Origin: Squalus acanthias | Taxonomy: Eukaryota | DNA: 64,000 nt | NCBI GenBank assembly: GCA_030390025.1 | Contig: CM059441.1 | Span: forward strand, 52,080,001-52,144,000 | Direction: 5' to 3' | Shown: in pieces, positions 47,900 through 61,067 of the stretch | Numbering within the stretch: position 1 is the first letter of the stretch | Layout of the letters: every line of letters starts with the position of its first letter | Made by a program: the position numbers and the translations under genes | Notes under the pieces: generated by a model | The model's input: the letters and a program-made list of their open reading frames with translations, nothing else | What the model was told of the DNA's origin: nothing | Databases searched by the model: none

Positions 47900-48560
47900 T
47901 ATTTTTTATTCGTTCTTAGGATGTGGGCATCACTAGCAAAGCTGGCATTTATTGCCCATCTCTAGTTGCCCTTGAGAAGGTGGTGGTGAGCCGCCTTCTT
48001 GAACCTGCTGCAGTCCCTGTGGTGAAGGTACTCCCACAGTGCTGTTAAGGAGGGAGTTCCAGGATTTTGAACCAGCAACAATGAAGGAACGGCGATATAT
48101 GTCCAAGCCGGAATCATGTGTTACTTGGGAGGGAACTTGGAGGTGGTGGTGTTCCCATGCGCCCGCTGCCCTTGTCCTTCTAGGTGGAAGAGGTCATGGG
48201 TTTGGGAGGTGCTGTCGAAGAAGCCTTGGTGAGTTGCTGCAGTGCATCTTGTAGATGGTACACACTGCAGCCACGGTACGCCGGTGGTGGAGGGAGCGAA
48301 TGTTTAAGGTGGTGGATGGGGTGCCAATCAAGCGGGCTTCTTTGTCCTGGATGGTGTCGAGCTTCTTGAGTGATTTTGCAGCTGCGCTCATCCAGGCAAG
48401 TGGAGAGTATTCCATCACACTCCTGACTTATGCCTTGTAGATGAGGCTTTGGGGAGTCAGGATATGAGCCACTCGCCATAGCTTCTGAACTGCTCCAGCA
48501 TTTATGTGGCTGGTCCAGTTGAGTTTCTGGTCAATGGCAATGTCCAGGATGTTGCTGGTG
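47900..48560 (-). mobile_element. Non-LTR retrotransposon family B, 3' fragment
   Basis: MEYSPLAWMSAA..LDTIQDK..RLIGTP. Confidence 0.85.
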
Positions 48561-50389
48561 GAATGTGGGACTGGAGTCATATGTAGACCAGACCAGCTAG
48601 GGGTGGCAGTTTCCCTTCTCTGAAGGACATCAGTAGTTGGACTTTTATGACAATGTAGTCATTTATTTCTAGTACCAGCCTTCCAATTACCAGACTTACT
48701 GAATTCAATTTTACAATTTGCTATGGTGGGATTTAAATTCTGGGATCTTAGTCCATTCCATGCCCATTACTCTGGTGAAGCTGCTGGTGGGAATCATTTG
48801 ATGGAGCCTGTTGTCTGCCATTTGGCCCACTGCCCAAACAGACACAAAAAATAATCCGAAATGGAATAAACCATGTCCAGGCCAATGTTTATCCCTGAAA
48901 CAACGCCACCAAAACAGATTAACTGATCATTTATTGCATTGCTGTTTGTGGGATCTTGCTGTGTGCAAATTGACATCTGCGTTTACCTACATAACCGGAA
49001 TAACTGCACTTCAAAGTAGTTGATCGGCCATGAAGCACTTTGGGAGGGCCAGAGGATGTGAAAGGAGCTATGTAAATGCAAGTTCTTCTCCTTCTTCTTC
49101 CTCCATTGCTTCTAAAGATGCCAAATATTTGAAGAACTCTGCGCTATTCATTGCAAGGAACAGAACATTCCTGTGCTGATCTTTATTAAGAACATAATGT
49201 GCTGTAATTCAAATGACTGATTTACCTTTATGGCTAATTGTTTGCCTTCACCTTGTTGGTGTTCCTCCCTAGTAACATGCTGCAGCCAACATTGTGCTGA
49301 TTTTTCTCTCCTGAAAGTGTGAACTCTTGTCAGAGTACCTTTAGACAGGAGCCAGTGACCGACTGGTACCTTGTCCCAGTGTCACATATGAACCCAGGCG
49401 AGGAGAGTCAGGCAAACCATTCAATGAGTTCATTGTGCCGAGCCTGCTGCTGACATCATCAACGCTTGAATTCCACTTTCCAACATGGGTTAGGAGTGTG
49501 CCCCACAGCTAAGATTTTTTTTTAGCTATTTCCCCCCCCCCCCCTCCCTATCTCAGGGGCCCTGAGACTAATTGCAGCAATGTTGTGTCTCGCCCAGATG
49601 ATTCCAGCTAACTTAGCTCAGACTGGAGATTGAAAAAACAAGATGCTTTGATGAAGCACATAAGATATGTTCTGGCCTGTCAAACATAATGCTCTTCAAC
49701 TATTCCTTATCAAAGAGTGCAACACATATCTGGTCTCAATGAGATTCCTTTTATTGCTAAAGGCAATGATCTAAACTCTGTATTGCTGCCTTATAACTCT
49801 GCGGCGAGTGTTGTCCTATCCATTTCGTGTCATCTGTATCTCGAAGGCCCTCAAGTGACAGCATTCACTCTGGGAAGAGGGCTGCCACTCAGTTCAGTTT
49901 GCAAATTTCTGTAAACTGGACACATCAAGGAGGTGGGAAGATTGCCACTGCCTCCCATCATCATTGGTTGCCCATCGCTGGAGCTCCTGTGACTGTCCTC
50001 CGCCTCTTTATAAGGCAGGACCTGATAGTGATGTTGTGTCTATGGTTCTCCTTCCATTGACTTGTTCTGTATGGCAGCCAGGTCACGGTTTGCAGGCTGT
50101 AGATGTCGTTGGCTAATTCAAGGATTAGCTCATCCGCCTTTTGGTGGCATTTCCTCCCTCAAGGTTCCCACTGACCCTCCTCCAGGTGTTCATCCACCTG
50201 AAGCCATTGGCACTTTCTGGCGGTGACCTGGTTACTTAATTGGCACTCAGTGTTGACCAGTCACAGGTAACATCATCTACTGTTAACACCTGACCCGAAT
50301 GACAAACTACCTTAGCTACACACACCATCTTTGTTTCATGAATGTTTTAAATTATTCTTTCTCTTACTTCACTGAGATAATCTATTACA

Positions 50390-50826
50390 TAAGAAAGAAA
50401 GAACTTGCATTTATATAGCACCTTTCATATTATCAGGACATCCCAAAATGCTTCACCGCCAATGAAGTGTAGTCATTTTTGTAATGTAGGGAAATGTGGC
50501 AGCCAATGTGCACACAGCATCCTCCAAACAGCAATGTGATAATGACCAGATCCAGTGATGTTGTTGAGGGATAAATATTGGCCCCAGGGCACCGGGGAGA
50601 ACTCTCCTGCTCTTCTTCGAATCGTGTCATTGGGTCTTTTACATCCACCTGAGAGGGCAGACGGAGCCTCGGTTTAACGTCTCACCCAAAAGACCGCACC
50701 TCCGGTCGTCCAGCGGTCCCTGGGAGTGTCAGCCTGGATTATGTGCTCAAGTCCCTGGAGTGGAGCTCGAACCCACGACCTTTTGACTCAGATGCCCGAG
50801 TGCTAACACTGGGCCAAGGCTGACAC
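50390..50826 (-). mobile_element. Deu-domain SINE, diverged
   Basis: Same family core and tail. Confidence 0.85.
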
Positions 50827-50929
50827 ATCATCCAACAGTTATTCCACTGATAGTTTCTTTCTGTGCTTGTTCCCTCCCACTTCTATTAATATCATCGCTT
50901 ATATTTCAGTTCTGCAAGCATTAAATATA

Positions 50930-51156
50930 AAATAAAAACAGAAAATGCTGGAAATACTCAGCAGGTCAGACAGCATCTGTAGAGAGAGAAACAGAGTTAA
51001 CGTTTCAGGTCGATGACCTTTCATCAGAACTGGAAAAAGCTGGAGATGTAACAGGTTTTAAGCAAGTGTAGGGGCAGGGAGAGGGGGGAGGGGAGGAAAG
51101 AACAAAAGGGAAGGTCTGTGATAGGATGGAAGGCAGGAGGGATTAAGAGACAAAAG
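50930..51156 (-). mobile_element. Non-coding Penelope-terminal-derived repeat carrying a hammerhead motif (50995-51031)
   Basis: Minus strand AGTT-CTGATGA-A-AGGTC/ATC/GACCT-GAAA-CG-TT-AACT; homologous to about 12540-12735. Confidence 0.78.
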
Positions 51157-51579
51157 CATTAAATATAGACTGTCTTCTTTTAAATGTGCATTTACGATTT
51201 TAATACAAATAGTGAACAGATGAATCCTTCTCTCTCCTCGCCAACTCATAGTCTGTGTTTTTTAAATTGTCTTTGTCTTCCAATTACCTCTGTGTCAGTG
51301 AAGTATTGAGTTGAAGTATTTCATCAGCAGGAAAGGAAAGTTCAGAAGTTGGGTCAGGAAGCTTGGGACTTGATGTGTGGGTATGTGGAGTATGCTGGGG
51401 AATGGAGCGAAGAGGGACACCGGGCTGTCTGAGACTTGGCTCTTGACAAAAAGGACGGTGTGCCTTTAAAAGGGCATTGTGAACCAGGCAATGCAGCAGG
51501 GAGGCTGTGGGAGACGGCCCATCCCCCTCGGAGTCAAATGAAGAGCCGAGAAATGGTGCTGTCACCGGCACACCCACAG

Positions 51580-51630
51580 CGCTCTGCCAATCGCAGGGGC
51601 AGCAGCAACAGGATGCTGTGACGCGACCAA
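51580..51630 (+). promoter_or_regulatory. Putative HK2 proximal promoter: CCAAT box (GCCAATCG, 51586-51593) and CRE-like TGACGCGA (51619-51626)
   Basis: Motifs lie 240-280 bp upstream of the HK2 ATG in a repeat-free, relatively CpG-rich stretch; the TSS is not determined. Confidence 0.45.
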
Positions 51631-51863
51631 AGAGGCTTTCATTCTGCGGGAGGGAAAGATCTGAAACCGCACATTGTGGGTCGCCAGCACTGTGCGAGCA
51701 CCTCATCCAGTACCCGGGGTGTTGTGTGCTGTAACAGAGAGCAGCGGTGGGGGGGAATCCTTTACACAGTCTGCACTGAAATAGAACAGGGGAACCGCGG
51801 CAACATTACAACATCAAACCGACTGCTGCTCTTAACTTGAACAAGCTTCCTTCAGCAGATAAG

Positions 51864-51926
51864 ATGATAGCCTCCCACCTCCTGGCGTATTACTTTACGG
51901 AACTGAAGCATGATCAGGTGCAAAAG
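51864..51926 (+). CDS. hk2: Hexokinase 2, coding exon 1 (N-terminal mitochondrial-binding helix, 21 aa)
   Basis: [21 protein letters not shown] vs human HK2 [21 protein letters not shown] (recalled); 63-bp coding part ending at AAG|GTAAGG; AAGATGA start context. Exon 2 not found in the window. Confidence 0.93.
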
Positions 51927-53630
51927 GTAAGGAATTGCTTCAGTTGTTGGGTATACTTTCTCCATGGCTTTATTCCCATTCAAGCAAAGCTTAAAAGAAC
52001 GAGCCCTCTCCCTGGCCACAGCAGAGTTTCTGCGATCTCCCTCTGCATTCTCCCTAAAAATAATTGATTTCAATTCTCTGCTCTGATACTGGCTTGTGTA
52101 ATTTCCACCAGTTGGGAACACAAGACATCTGGTTAAACTGGCCTGAGCTGCACAATGGGACGGGGGGGAAGGGATGGTGCTGCTTTACATGGCTTCTGAC
52201 TAAAGGTTTTAACACGTTGTCCCGCACGCCGAATGTAAAGGGGCCTCTGGGTGGCTGCTGCTGCAGAATGCGGAGCTGATTCATTCTTAAAAGTTGTAAG
52301 GGGACGGAATGAATGGGCTGCAGCTTTCATTTTCATTCGCTGTTCACAGCCTTTAATTTTGCCATGTGCTGAGTGAGAGGTCCGCGTGAAGCAGGACCTC
52401 CTTTCTCATTAGAGAAGCAGAAATATTAATTGGCGATAGCATTTGAAGGGTAAGCGGTGACTGATGGTCAGCTCGCGTTCACTGCTGTGACTGAGTGCTC
52501 ACCTATACAGACAGCTTTTCTCTGCCCACTGCACATGTTCCCTGGGTGATTCAAGTCATTGTTTTTTTTATCTTGGCCGATTTGTTCGGATTTTCTTGGT
52601 AGAGATACATTTTACTGAGATGTGCCACAAGGTCATGTTGTTGCTGGTTTGCTGTCAAAGGACAGGCAATCTTGAGAACCAATATTTCCCCCAATCTCGT
52701 CCATTTGAATCGAAGGACAGCCCCGGCTGGAGATGTTTGTACAGCTTCAGCATCTCCAGGAAAAAGAATTGCTGAATGAATCAACAAAGTTTGTTTGCAG
52801 GAGGAATTCAGTCATTTGTTTTTTTTTATCTGGTGCGCACACCCCCAGATGTTGACATTCCGGAATTTCCAAAAGGTCTTGAGATGTAAGCATCATGAGT
52901 CGTGTAAGCGGGCTCGCCAAACTGTTCCTCGGAGACAGAGCAAGAAACTCTAAAGCAAGACAATTCAGGGACAGTAATGATGGGCTCTGCACGCAGCATT
53001 CCACACCAGCTTGAGCATTTGTTTCTACAGTACTTGTTCCTGCTCATAAAAGGAAAGGAACGGCGTTTAAACGCGAGGGTCAATTATGCTGTCTATTCAC
53101 AAAGTGCTGACTGCTTCTATTACAGCCGGCTGCTGTGGAGAGCTGACAGTGATCCTGGCGAAAGTATTTCAGTGTGAATTCCTTTCCCAGTCGTTCTCCT
53201 CCTTTCTTTTTTTCCCTCCTCTCGCTAGAATTCTGCTGCTCTTCAGGTGCATGTGAGGAGGGATGCGAGAATACTGTGGGATTAATTGCTTCTTGTTGCC
53301 TCTGAGAAGTATCTTACTCGCTTCAACCACTTGCCCACAGAAAGCTTGACTCAGATCAGGAAGTTAAGTTACTTTATAGTTACGACCGCTTTTGTTAATA
53401 CTGGTACAACATTTACGGCACTTGCACACTGCACTGATGTAATGTCAACACAGCTTTAATAAAACAACACTTTATCAGGAAGCAAAGATAGCTGTTCGGA
53501 TTTAATTTGCATAAGGTATTAAATATGTACCAGATAAAACTTTAAGGCACCCCAGTGTCACAAACTGATCAATATGCGAAGGGATTTCCCCCCCTCAAAA
53601 TAACATTGTCGTGTGCGTCATTCAGTCGGC

Positions 53631-53825
53631 GGGGGAGATTTTCCGGGGTTTGCCCTCTGCACCTCCTGCTCATTGGATCGCTTGTGTGCAGCACATGTAG
53701 GCAAATCGGAGGGGTTGGAGTGCAGGCCTGTAAAGGAACCCTCCCCCACGCCCCTTGCTTTTCTGATGCTTGCTGTGCCCAGGAGAACCGGTACACATGG
53801 GGCATAGACCCAGGAAAACCTCCTC
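53631..53825. mobile_element. Degenerate MITE-like element
   Basis: Imperfect inverted termini GGAGATTTTCCGGGGTTTGCCC and GGGCATAGACCCAGGAAAACCTCC; no clear TSD. Confidence 0.4.
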
Positions 53826-53944
53826 ATTGGGATTTTTTTTTTGCTCTTGTTTCTGTCAATTTACCCCCACCCTCCCTTTCCCACTCTCCTGACTCCGTGT
53901 TGACTCTTTCCTGGAGTTCATGGGTTTTGGTTGCTTCTGATTAT

Positions 53945-55650
53945 AGAATAGTAGTACGGTACTGCACAGAAGGAGGCCATTCAGCCCAGCGAGTCTGTGC
54001 TGTCTCTTTCGAAGAGCAATCCAGTCAGTCCCACTTCCCCGCTCTTTCCCCATGTCCCTGCAAATTTTTCTCCTTCAAGTATTTATCCAATTCCCTTTTG
54101 AAGGCTGCTATTGAATCTGTGTCCACCACCCTATCAGGCAGTGCATTCCAAATCCTAACCACTCGTTCTGTAAAAAAGTTTTTCCTCATGTCGCCTCGAG
54201 TTTTTTTGTCAATCACCTTAAATCTGTGCCCTCTGGTTACCGACCCATCAGCCAGTTTCTCTTTATTTACTCTATCTAAACCCTTCATGATTTTAAACAC
54301 CTCTATCAAATCTCCTCTTAGCCTTCTCTGCTCTAAGGAGAACAATCCCAGCTTCTCCAGTCTCGCCACATAACTGTAATCCCTCATCTCTGGAACCATT
54401 CTAGTAAATCTCTTCTGTACCCTCTCCAAATCCTTCACATCCTTCCTAAAGTGCCCAGAATTGGACACAATACTCCAGCTGGCGCTGAACTAATATTTTA
54501 TATAATATAAAAACAGAAAATGCTGGAAATACTCAGCAGGTCAGGCAGCATCTGTGGAAAGAGAAACAGAGTTAATGCTTCAGGCCGATGACCTTTCATC
54601 AGAACTGGAAAAAGTTCTTGTAATAGATTTTAAGCAAGTACATGGGGCAGGGAAAGGGTGGAGGGGAGGAAAGAAGAAAAGGGGAAGGTCTGTGATAGGG
54701 TGGAAGGCAGGAGAGATTAAATGACAAAAAGTATGGTAGTATAAAGCAAAAGGAGATGGGTGTTTGATATAGTTTTAGCATAACTTCCCAGCTTTTGTAC
54801 TCTCTGCCTCTCTTTCTAAAGCCCAGGATCCCATTTGCTTTATTAGCTGCTTTGTTAACCTGTCCTGCCACCTTCAAAGACCCCCAGGTCTCTCTGTTCT
54901 TACACATGCTTTAACATTGTACCATTTAGTGTGTATGGTCTCTCCTCATTCTTCCGACCAAATTGTATCACCTCACACTTTTCTGCGTTGAGTTTTTCAT
55001 CTGCCATGTGTCCACCCATTCCACCAGCCCGTCTGTGTCCTTTTGAAGTCAATTACTATCTTCCTCACTGTTTGCGACACTTCCAAGTTTCATGTCATCT
55101 GCAAATTTTTTAATTGTGCCCTGTACCCCCCAAGTCCACGTCATTAATGTATATCAAAAACAGCAGTGGTCCTAGTACTGAACCTCGAGGAACACCACCT
55201 TTTACCTCCCTCCAGTCTGGAAAACAGCCATTCACCACAGCTCTCTGTTTGCTATCCCTTAGCCAACTTTGTATCCGTGCTGCTACTGCCCCTTTTAACA
55301 AATTTCCTCCTCATTGCCCCCCCCCCCCCCCCCCAGTTCTTTTGCCAATTATCTTAAAATTGTGTCCTCTGGTCACTGACCCTTCTGCCACTGGAAACCT
55401 TATTTATTCTATCAAATCCCTTTTGAACACCTCTATTAAATCTCCCCTAAACCTTCCCTGCTCTAAGTAGAACAAACTCAGCTTCTCCAGTCTATCCATG
55501 TAACTGAAGTCCCACCTCCGTGGCACCATTCTAGTAAATCTCTTCTGAACCCTCTCTAAGGCCTTGACATCCTTCCTAAAGTGCGGTGCCCGGAATTGGG
55601 CACAATACTCCAGCTGAAGCCTGACCTGTGGTTGATAAAGGTTTAGTATG
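53945..55650 (-). mobile_element. Two CR1 3' fragments; the first is interrupted by a Penelope-terminal repeat (about 54506-54765, degenerate hammerhead)
   Basis: GVPRGSVLGPLLFLIYIND; ERVQKRFTRMVP..RGDLIEVFKIMKG..TRGH. Confidence 0.87.
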
Positions 55651-55864
55651 AAAAAGAGTTTTTAAAAAAAAGGAAGGAAGGAAGATCACTTTTTAAATCA
55701 TAATAAAAGAGAAGCTGACTTGACCATAAAATACGTTAAAAAACCCAGTGTAGATGAAAGAAGAATTGATGTCAGAATCTGAGGAAGAAATCTGTGAAGG
55801 GACTCTTTCTGTAGGAAGTGGCATTCCAGCCACTTAAAAGTGGTTAAGTCCTAAAGATTTGAAA

Positions 55865-56260
55865 CAAACATTCATTTATAGTGCCTGTCGCATCCTTAGG
55901 ACATCCCAAAGCTAATGAACTGCTTTTGAAGTGTAATCGCTTGTGTTTCATAGGAAAATGTCATAGCTAGGTTGCACACAGCAAGGTCCTACAGAGAGCA
56001 GTGAGATAAATGACCAGTTAATCTGTTGATTCAGGACACAGAGAGAACTCCCCTGCTCTTCAAATACTGCCGTGGGATCTTTCACATCCTCTGGAACGGG
56101 TGGAGGTGGCCTCGGTTTATTGTCTCATCCGAAAGACAAGTGCAACACTCCCTCAGCACTGCACTGGAGTGTCAGCCTGGATAATGTGCTAATGAATGGG
56201 GCTTCAACCCATAATCTTCTGACTCAATGGTGAGAGTGCTACCACTGGGTCAAGCTGACA
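55865..56260 (-). mobile_element. Deu-domain SINE, highly diverged
   Basis: CTCCCTCAGCACTGCACTGGAGTGTCAGCC and tail remnants. Confidence 0.75.
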
Positions 56261-56877
56261 TTGTTGGTTATCCACCAGCATTGTCAACAGATTGAGTCAA
56301 GTGGACACACCTGCGCACTGAAATCATCAACAATGTTACTGTACAGTTGCTGTGAAACAGGCTACGTAGCAACAATGAGATGGGAAGAGGCATGACCCTT
56401 TCTGTGTCTGTCTGAGGCTGTGGGTTGGGCGACTGCAGTTTCCAAACCCTGACCACCATGTCCCCTCCCCCTTTGTCAGTGATGACCCTGCAAAAGTTCC
56501 TTCCTGCTTATAAGGAACAATTTTACAATTTCACTGCTCCGGGCCCAGGAACAAAATCCTTCCCATCCTCCAGTACTTTTTATTGGTTCTGGGGATGTTG
56601 GCACCATTTCAATTTTAAGGTTGTGTTTCTTCTCCTTCCCCTTGCGTCAAGGTATTGAAACTCGTAATGCGGACCCTAACATGTTCCTCCCCAGAAGCAT
56701 TTCATGGGCGTCACGTAATGTTGATGAATCATTTGCAAAAATATGGAGGAGCAATACTTAGCATGAGACTTTTAAAAATTATTACCTATGAACCAATTAT
56801 TTCTCTAAAGATGGCAATATTTGAAATTGAATACAATATGAAAATGACAAATATTGTATAAAAGTGTAATTTAAACC

Positions 56878-57101
56878 AAAGTTGCCAAGCCTCCGGGACT
56901 GTCCTGGAGTCTCCAGGAATTGAAGGTTAATCGCCTGGGCATTGCTGCCAGCAGCCCGGGAGAAACAGCCATAAAAAGATTTTTTTTTTCCATTTTCTTT
57001 GAATGTTTTTGTCATAAGAATATTGGAGATGGGGAGGTTGGAGGCGAGAAGTCATGTGATGAAACCTTCAGGAAGACGTCCAACCAGAGTCAGCAATCCT
57101 A
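56878..57101. mobile_element. Probable degenerate MITE with GTTGCCAA-type termini
   Basis: Left end GTTGCCAAGCCTCC, right end GAGTCAGCAATCCTA; similar termini at about 18790-18805 and about 20662. Confidence 0.4.
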
Positions 57102-57442
57102 ATTTAAACTGCTGAGTTGTCCATATCGAGTTAAGCGACACAGTGTGAACTGGAGGTATACACAGACTTACTCTAATGGACATGCTTTGGCAATAAACAA
57201 ACCAGAATTACAAGGGCTGGCTGTTCAGGTCCCTTTCTTCAGAATGTGGAACGTGAGCCACCCTCTGTACATCAGACATTCTGTGTGTGTGTGTGTGTGT
57301 CTCTCTCTTTGGAAGAATGCAGTTCAATGCTTACACTTGTTTTGTCTGTTAGTTGGTTAGTTTGGTTCTCGCCATCGTCAGTGGCCCTCCACACTTTGTT
57401 TTTCTAGGGGCTTCACCTCGGACATGTCAACAATTTGATGGG

Positions 57443-57687
57443 CATTGGCGGCCGTGCCTTCAGCTGCCTTGGCCCTAAGCTCTGGAATTCCCTCCCTAAA
57501 TCTCTCCGCCTCTCTCTCCTCCTTTAAGCTGCTCCTTAAGCCTACCTCTCTGAGCAAGCTTTTGATCACCAGTCCTAATATCCCCTTATGTGGCTCGGTG
57601 CCAACTTTTGTCTGATAATCGCTCCTGTGAGGCACCTTGGGACGTTTTACTGTGTTAAAGGTGCTATATAAATGCAAGTTGTTGTTG
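57443..57687 (+). mobile_element. L2 3' tail fragment
   Basis: Matches other L2 tails; ends in (GTT)n. Confidence 0.85.
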
Positions 57688-58494
57688 CGGGGACTGTTGA
57701 AAGAATTATGTCCTCTTGCCTCAGTAAAAGATTTAAAAAATAAATATATATTCTCCTGCTCTCCCATCGCTCTTGTCAACATGATCATGTGCAGCTTTTG
57801 GTCAGATGCGAGGAGATTCTCTCTGTTCTGCCTCATTCACTGCTGTCCACAACTTGGGAAACCTTTTCATTTCCCACACCAGCTACCCTTATCACATCTC
57901 GGAGACTGTCAAATTTATGCTAAATTGCAAATAAACTAGGAGGTTATTTTATAAAATATATCAGACGGAAACAAATCAGACACAAAGTGTAGTTTCAAGG
58001 GTCCCGTGTAAGGATCTGTTAACACTGGGGACAATCCAGTATTGGGAACAAGGACAGGTACTATAATAAATGCGGTAGTTGTTTTATAACCTCATGTTTT
58101 CTGGGGAGGGTGTTTTATCAGTACATCATGGAGTTTTATTTGGAGCTGGTGTACTTGGCCATTAGCCGTTATATCTTCTGACAGGCGTGCTTGGCCAGCT
58201 CCCCGGGCAGCAGCAGGCGCACTGCTGGTCTGAATCTCCCGGGCGCTTGTTGCAATGGGCCAGGTGGGAAGCCTCACCCACGATGCACTGGCAGGATTGA
58301 AATTCGTGCTGGTTTGTGATTGAAATGGTATGCTTGGTGTGGTTCAATGGAGGTGTAGACATGAGGCTGAGTAAAGAAACATAAAGCACTCACAGTCTTA
58401 ATGCTTTCAGCAATGCAATATGATGAAGGAGCGTATTATATGGCAACATTTTAATATCCTTTAGGCAATTGAAGTGTCTTCAGTACTTGAATAC

Positions 58495-59410
58495 TGTACG
58501 CCGATGACACCCAGCTCTACCTCACCATCACCTCTCTCGACCCCTCCACGGCCTCTAAATTGTCATGCTGTTTGTTGACATCCAGTTCTGGATGAACAGA
58601 AATTTTCTCCAATTAAATATTGGGAAGACCGAAGCCATTGTCTTTAGTCCCCGCCACAAACTCCGTTCCCTAGCCACCGACTCCATCCCTCTCTCTAACA
58701 TCTGTCTGAGGCTGAACCACACTGTTCGCAACCTTGGTGTCATATTTGACCCTGAAATTAGCTTCCGACCACAAATCTGCACCATCACTAAGACCGCCTC
58801 CATAATATCACCTGACTCTATCCCTGCCTCAGCTCATATGCTGCTGAAAGTCTTATCCATTGTTACCTCTAGACTTGACTATTCCAACGCACTCCTGGCT
58901 GGCCTCCCACGTTCTACCCTATGTAAACTTGAGGTCATCCAAAACTCGGCTGCCCGTGTCCTAACTCTCACCAAGTCCTGTTCGCCCATCACCCATGTGC
59001 TCGCTGACCTACATTGGCTCCCGGTAAAGCAACGCCTCGATTTCAAAATTCTCATCCTTGTGTTTAAATCCCTCCATGGCCTCGGCCCTCCCTATCTCTG
59101 TAATCTCCTCCAGCCCTACAAGTCTCCGAGATATCTGCGCTCCTCCAATTCTGCCCTCTTGCGCATCCCTGATTTTAATCACTCCACCATTGGTGGCCGT
59201 GCTTTGTGTTGCCTCGGCCCTAAGTTCTGGAATTCTCTCCCTAAACCTCTCTGCCTCGCTACCTCTCTTTCCTCCTTTAAGACGCTCCTTAAAACCTACC
59301 TCTTTGACCAAGTCTGGCTCAGTGTCACATTTTGTTTGCTTACGTTCCTGTGAAGCGCCTTGGGATGTTTTACTACATTAAAGGTGCTCTATAAGTACAA
59401 GTTATTGTTG
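58495..59410 (+). mobile_element. L2 LINE 3' fragment
   Basis: YADDTQLY..WMNRNFLQLNIGKTE..VRNLGVIFD..SRLDYSN..LHWLPV. Confidence 0.92.
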
Positions 59411-59774
59411 GGATTTTCACGTGGGAAGTGTGATAGGGCAGGATGTCTGTAGGTTTTAATTGACTTTACCAATCACGCTTCCTTAAAAAAGAGACAGTCC
59501 AAGCCAGGGCTCTGACCTGCCACCTGAATAGCAATTAAACTCTGAATGAAGTCACTCAGTGTTTAATTAACAGAAATTAAACTTTGCTGCTTTACGGTCT
59601 CCCGAGGTGCAGAATAATAATAGTGTTGCATGTCATGCTTCCGTCATTATGAACAGTGCTTCCTTCATCTGACTTGCAAGCATTTTGCAATCTGCACAGT
59701 TTCCTCACCAAACGATTAAATTCCGAGGCTCCATTTACTTAACAATAGTTAGACTTTGTGGCATTAAAGGCAGT

Positions 59775-60330
59775 GGGTACGGTAGTGAGGTGGTGACGGT
59801 ATCCAGAGGCCTGGACTAATAATCCGGAGAACAGGAGTTCAGAGCCCACCCAGCAATGTTCCCTCGAACTTTTTTTGTCACGACCCCTATTAAGGGGCTG
59901 CGCGGGCTATTCCGAATCCTGCGCATACGCGGTCCCTACATTGAAAAGCCGGCTGTGCGGGAACCCTGGATTGCTGTGGGCCACACAGCTTACAGGGAAC
60001 GTTGCCACCCAGGGCCGTTTGAGAATGCGAAATCCGTTAAAAAAAAAATCTGAAATGAAAATCCGGCATCCGTATCAGCGACCATCTGTCGGATTGTCAT
60101 TATAAAACCCAAGGGGCTCACTGATGGCCTTTCTGGAAGGAAACTTGCCGCCCTTACCTGGCCTGGGCCTGCATGTGACTCCAGCCCCGCACTAAGGCGG
60201 CTGACTCTTGGCTGCCCACTGAAGTGGCCCAGCAAGCCACTCTATCGCCACCATCTTCTCAAGACAACTAGGGATGGGCAATAAATGCTGGCCTTGCCCG
60301 TGATGCCCACATCCCGAGAATGAAAACAAA
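59775..60330 (+). mobile_element. SINE family B interrupted by a hAT MITE
   Basis: Head, core and tail recognisable on either side of 59854-60004. Confidence 0.8.
59854..60004. mobile_element. hAT-type MITE, 151 bp
   Basis: TIRs CAATGTTCCCT and AGGGAACGTTG; perfect 8-bp TSD CCACCCAG (59846-59853, 60005-60012). Confidence 0.88.
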
Positions 60331-60364
60331 AACATAGCCACACCTCAGCAGCAGAATAATACGT

Positions 60365-61067
60365 TGTGGATTACAGGGTATAACATTCTGGGTACAGGTA
60401 TAGTGTGTATCAGTAAAACAGGTTTATTAAGCATTAAACATCCAGTACAAAGTAGTAATACTTAACAAGGAGATAGTCACAGCCTCGGCGTTCCTTCCGA
60501 GCGACTGTGGCACGGTCTCTTTACCCTCTTGCTGTTTTCTCTTGACTGAAGTTCCTTCAACTCTGATTCTGGGATCGCGCTGCCTTCAGTGTTCAATATC
60601 CGCATCTTTAGACACTGTCCCTGCCTTTGCCTACGTGACTGCAACCAGCTATCCGACACCTGGTACATGTTTTATTACCGTGTTGATCCCACTCGGACTC
60701 GCTTTGTGCATATCAAAGGGCCCTTTATCTTTAGATATTCTCGTTCCAAAAACCATTTCCCAAGATGTTATCTAAATAATCTGTCCATTTTATAGTGTTA
60801 TCACTGAGGGGTGCTTCTCTTATCTCTTTTCTATCACATTACTGAATATCACGTTCCTGACAGTCCCCATAAACTTAGCACTACAGTCCATTCCTTCAGT
60901 AATTGAAACCACAGCAGTTTCAGTCAGGTTGGCATAATTTCCCACCCTGCTTTTCTCTCAGCCATTCACCATTTTATACAGGCTTTTAGGCTTTTAACAT
61001 ACAATTTCACATATTATAGTTATACAAAAATGTTTTACTAAATCATACAAATGCACCCTATCCTACA
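60365..61067 (-). mobile_element. Possible solo LTR
   Basis: TG..CA ends with an imperfect inverted repeat; minus-strand TATAAAA and AATAAA in LTR order; no convincing TSD. Confidence 0.3.

Noticed and set aside
51837-52067. 76-aa ORF as a small protein
   Set aside because: Only 51864-51926 is HK2 exon 1; the rest is 5' UTR and intron.
59418-59423. Single CACGTG E-box in HK2 intron 1
   Set aside because: An isolated hexamer next to an L2 tail is expected by chance.
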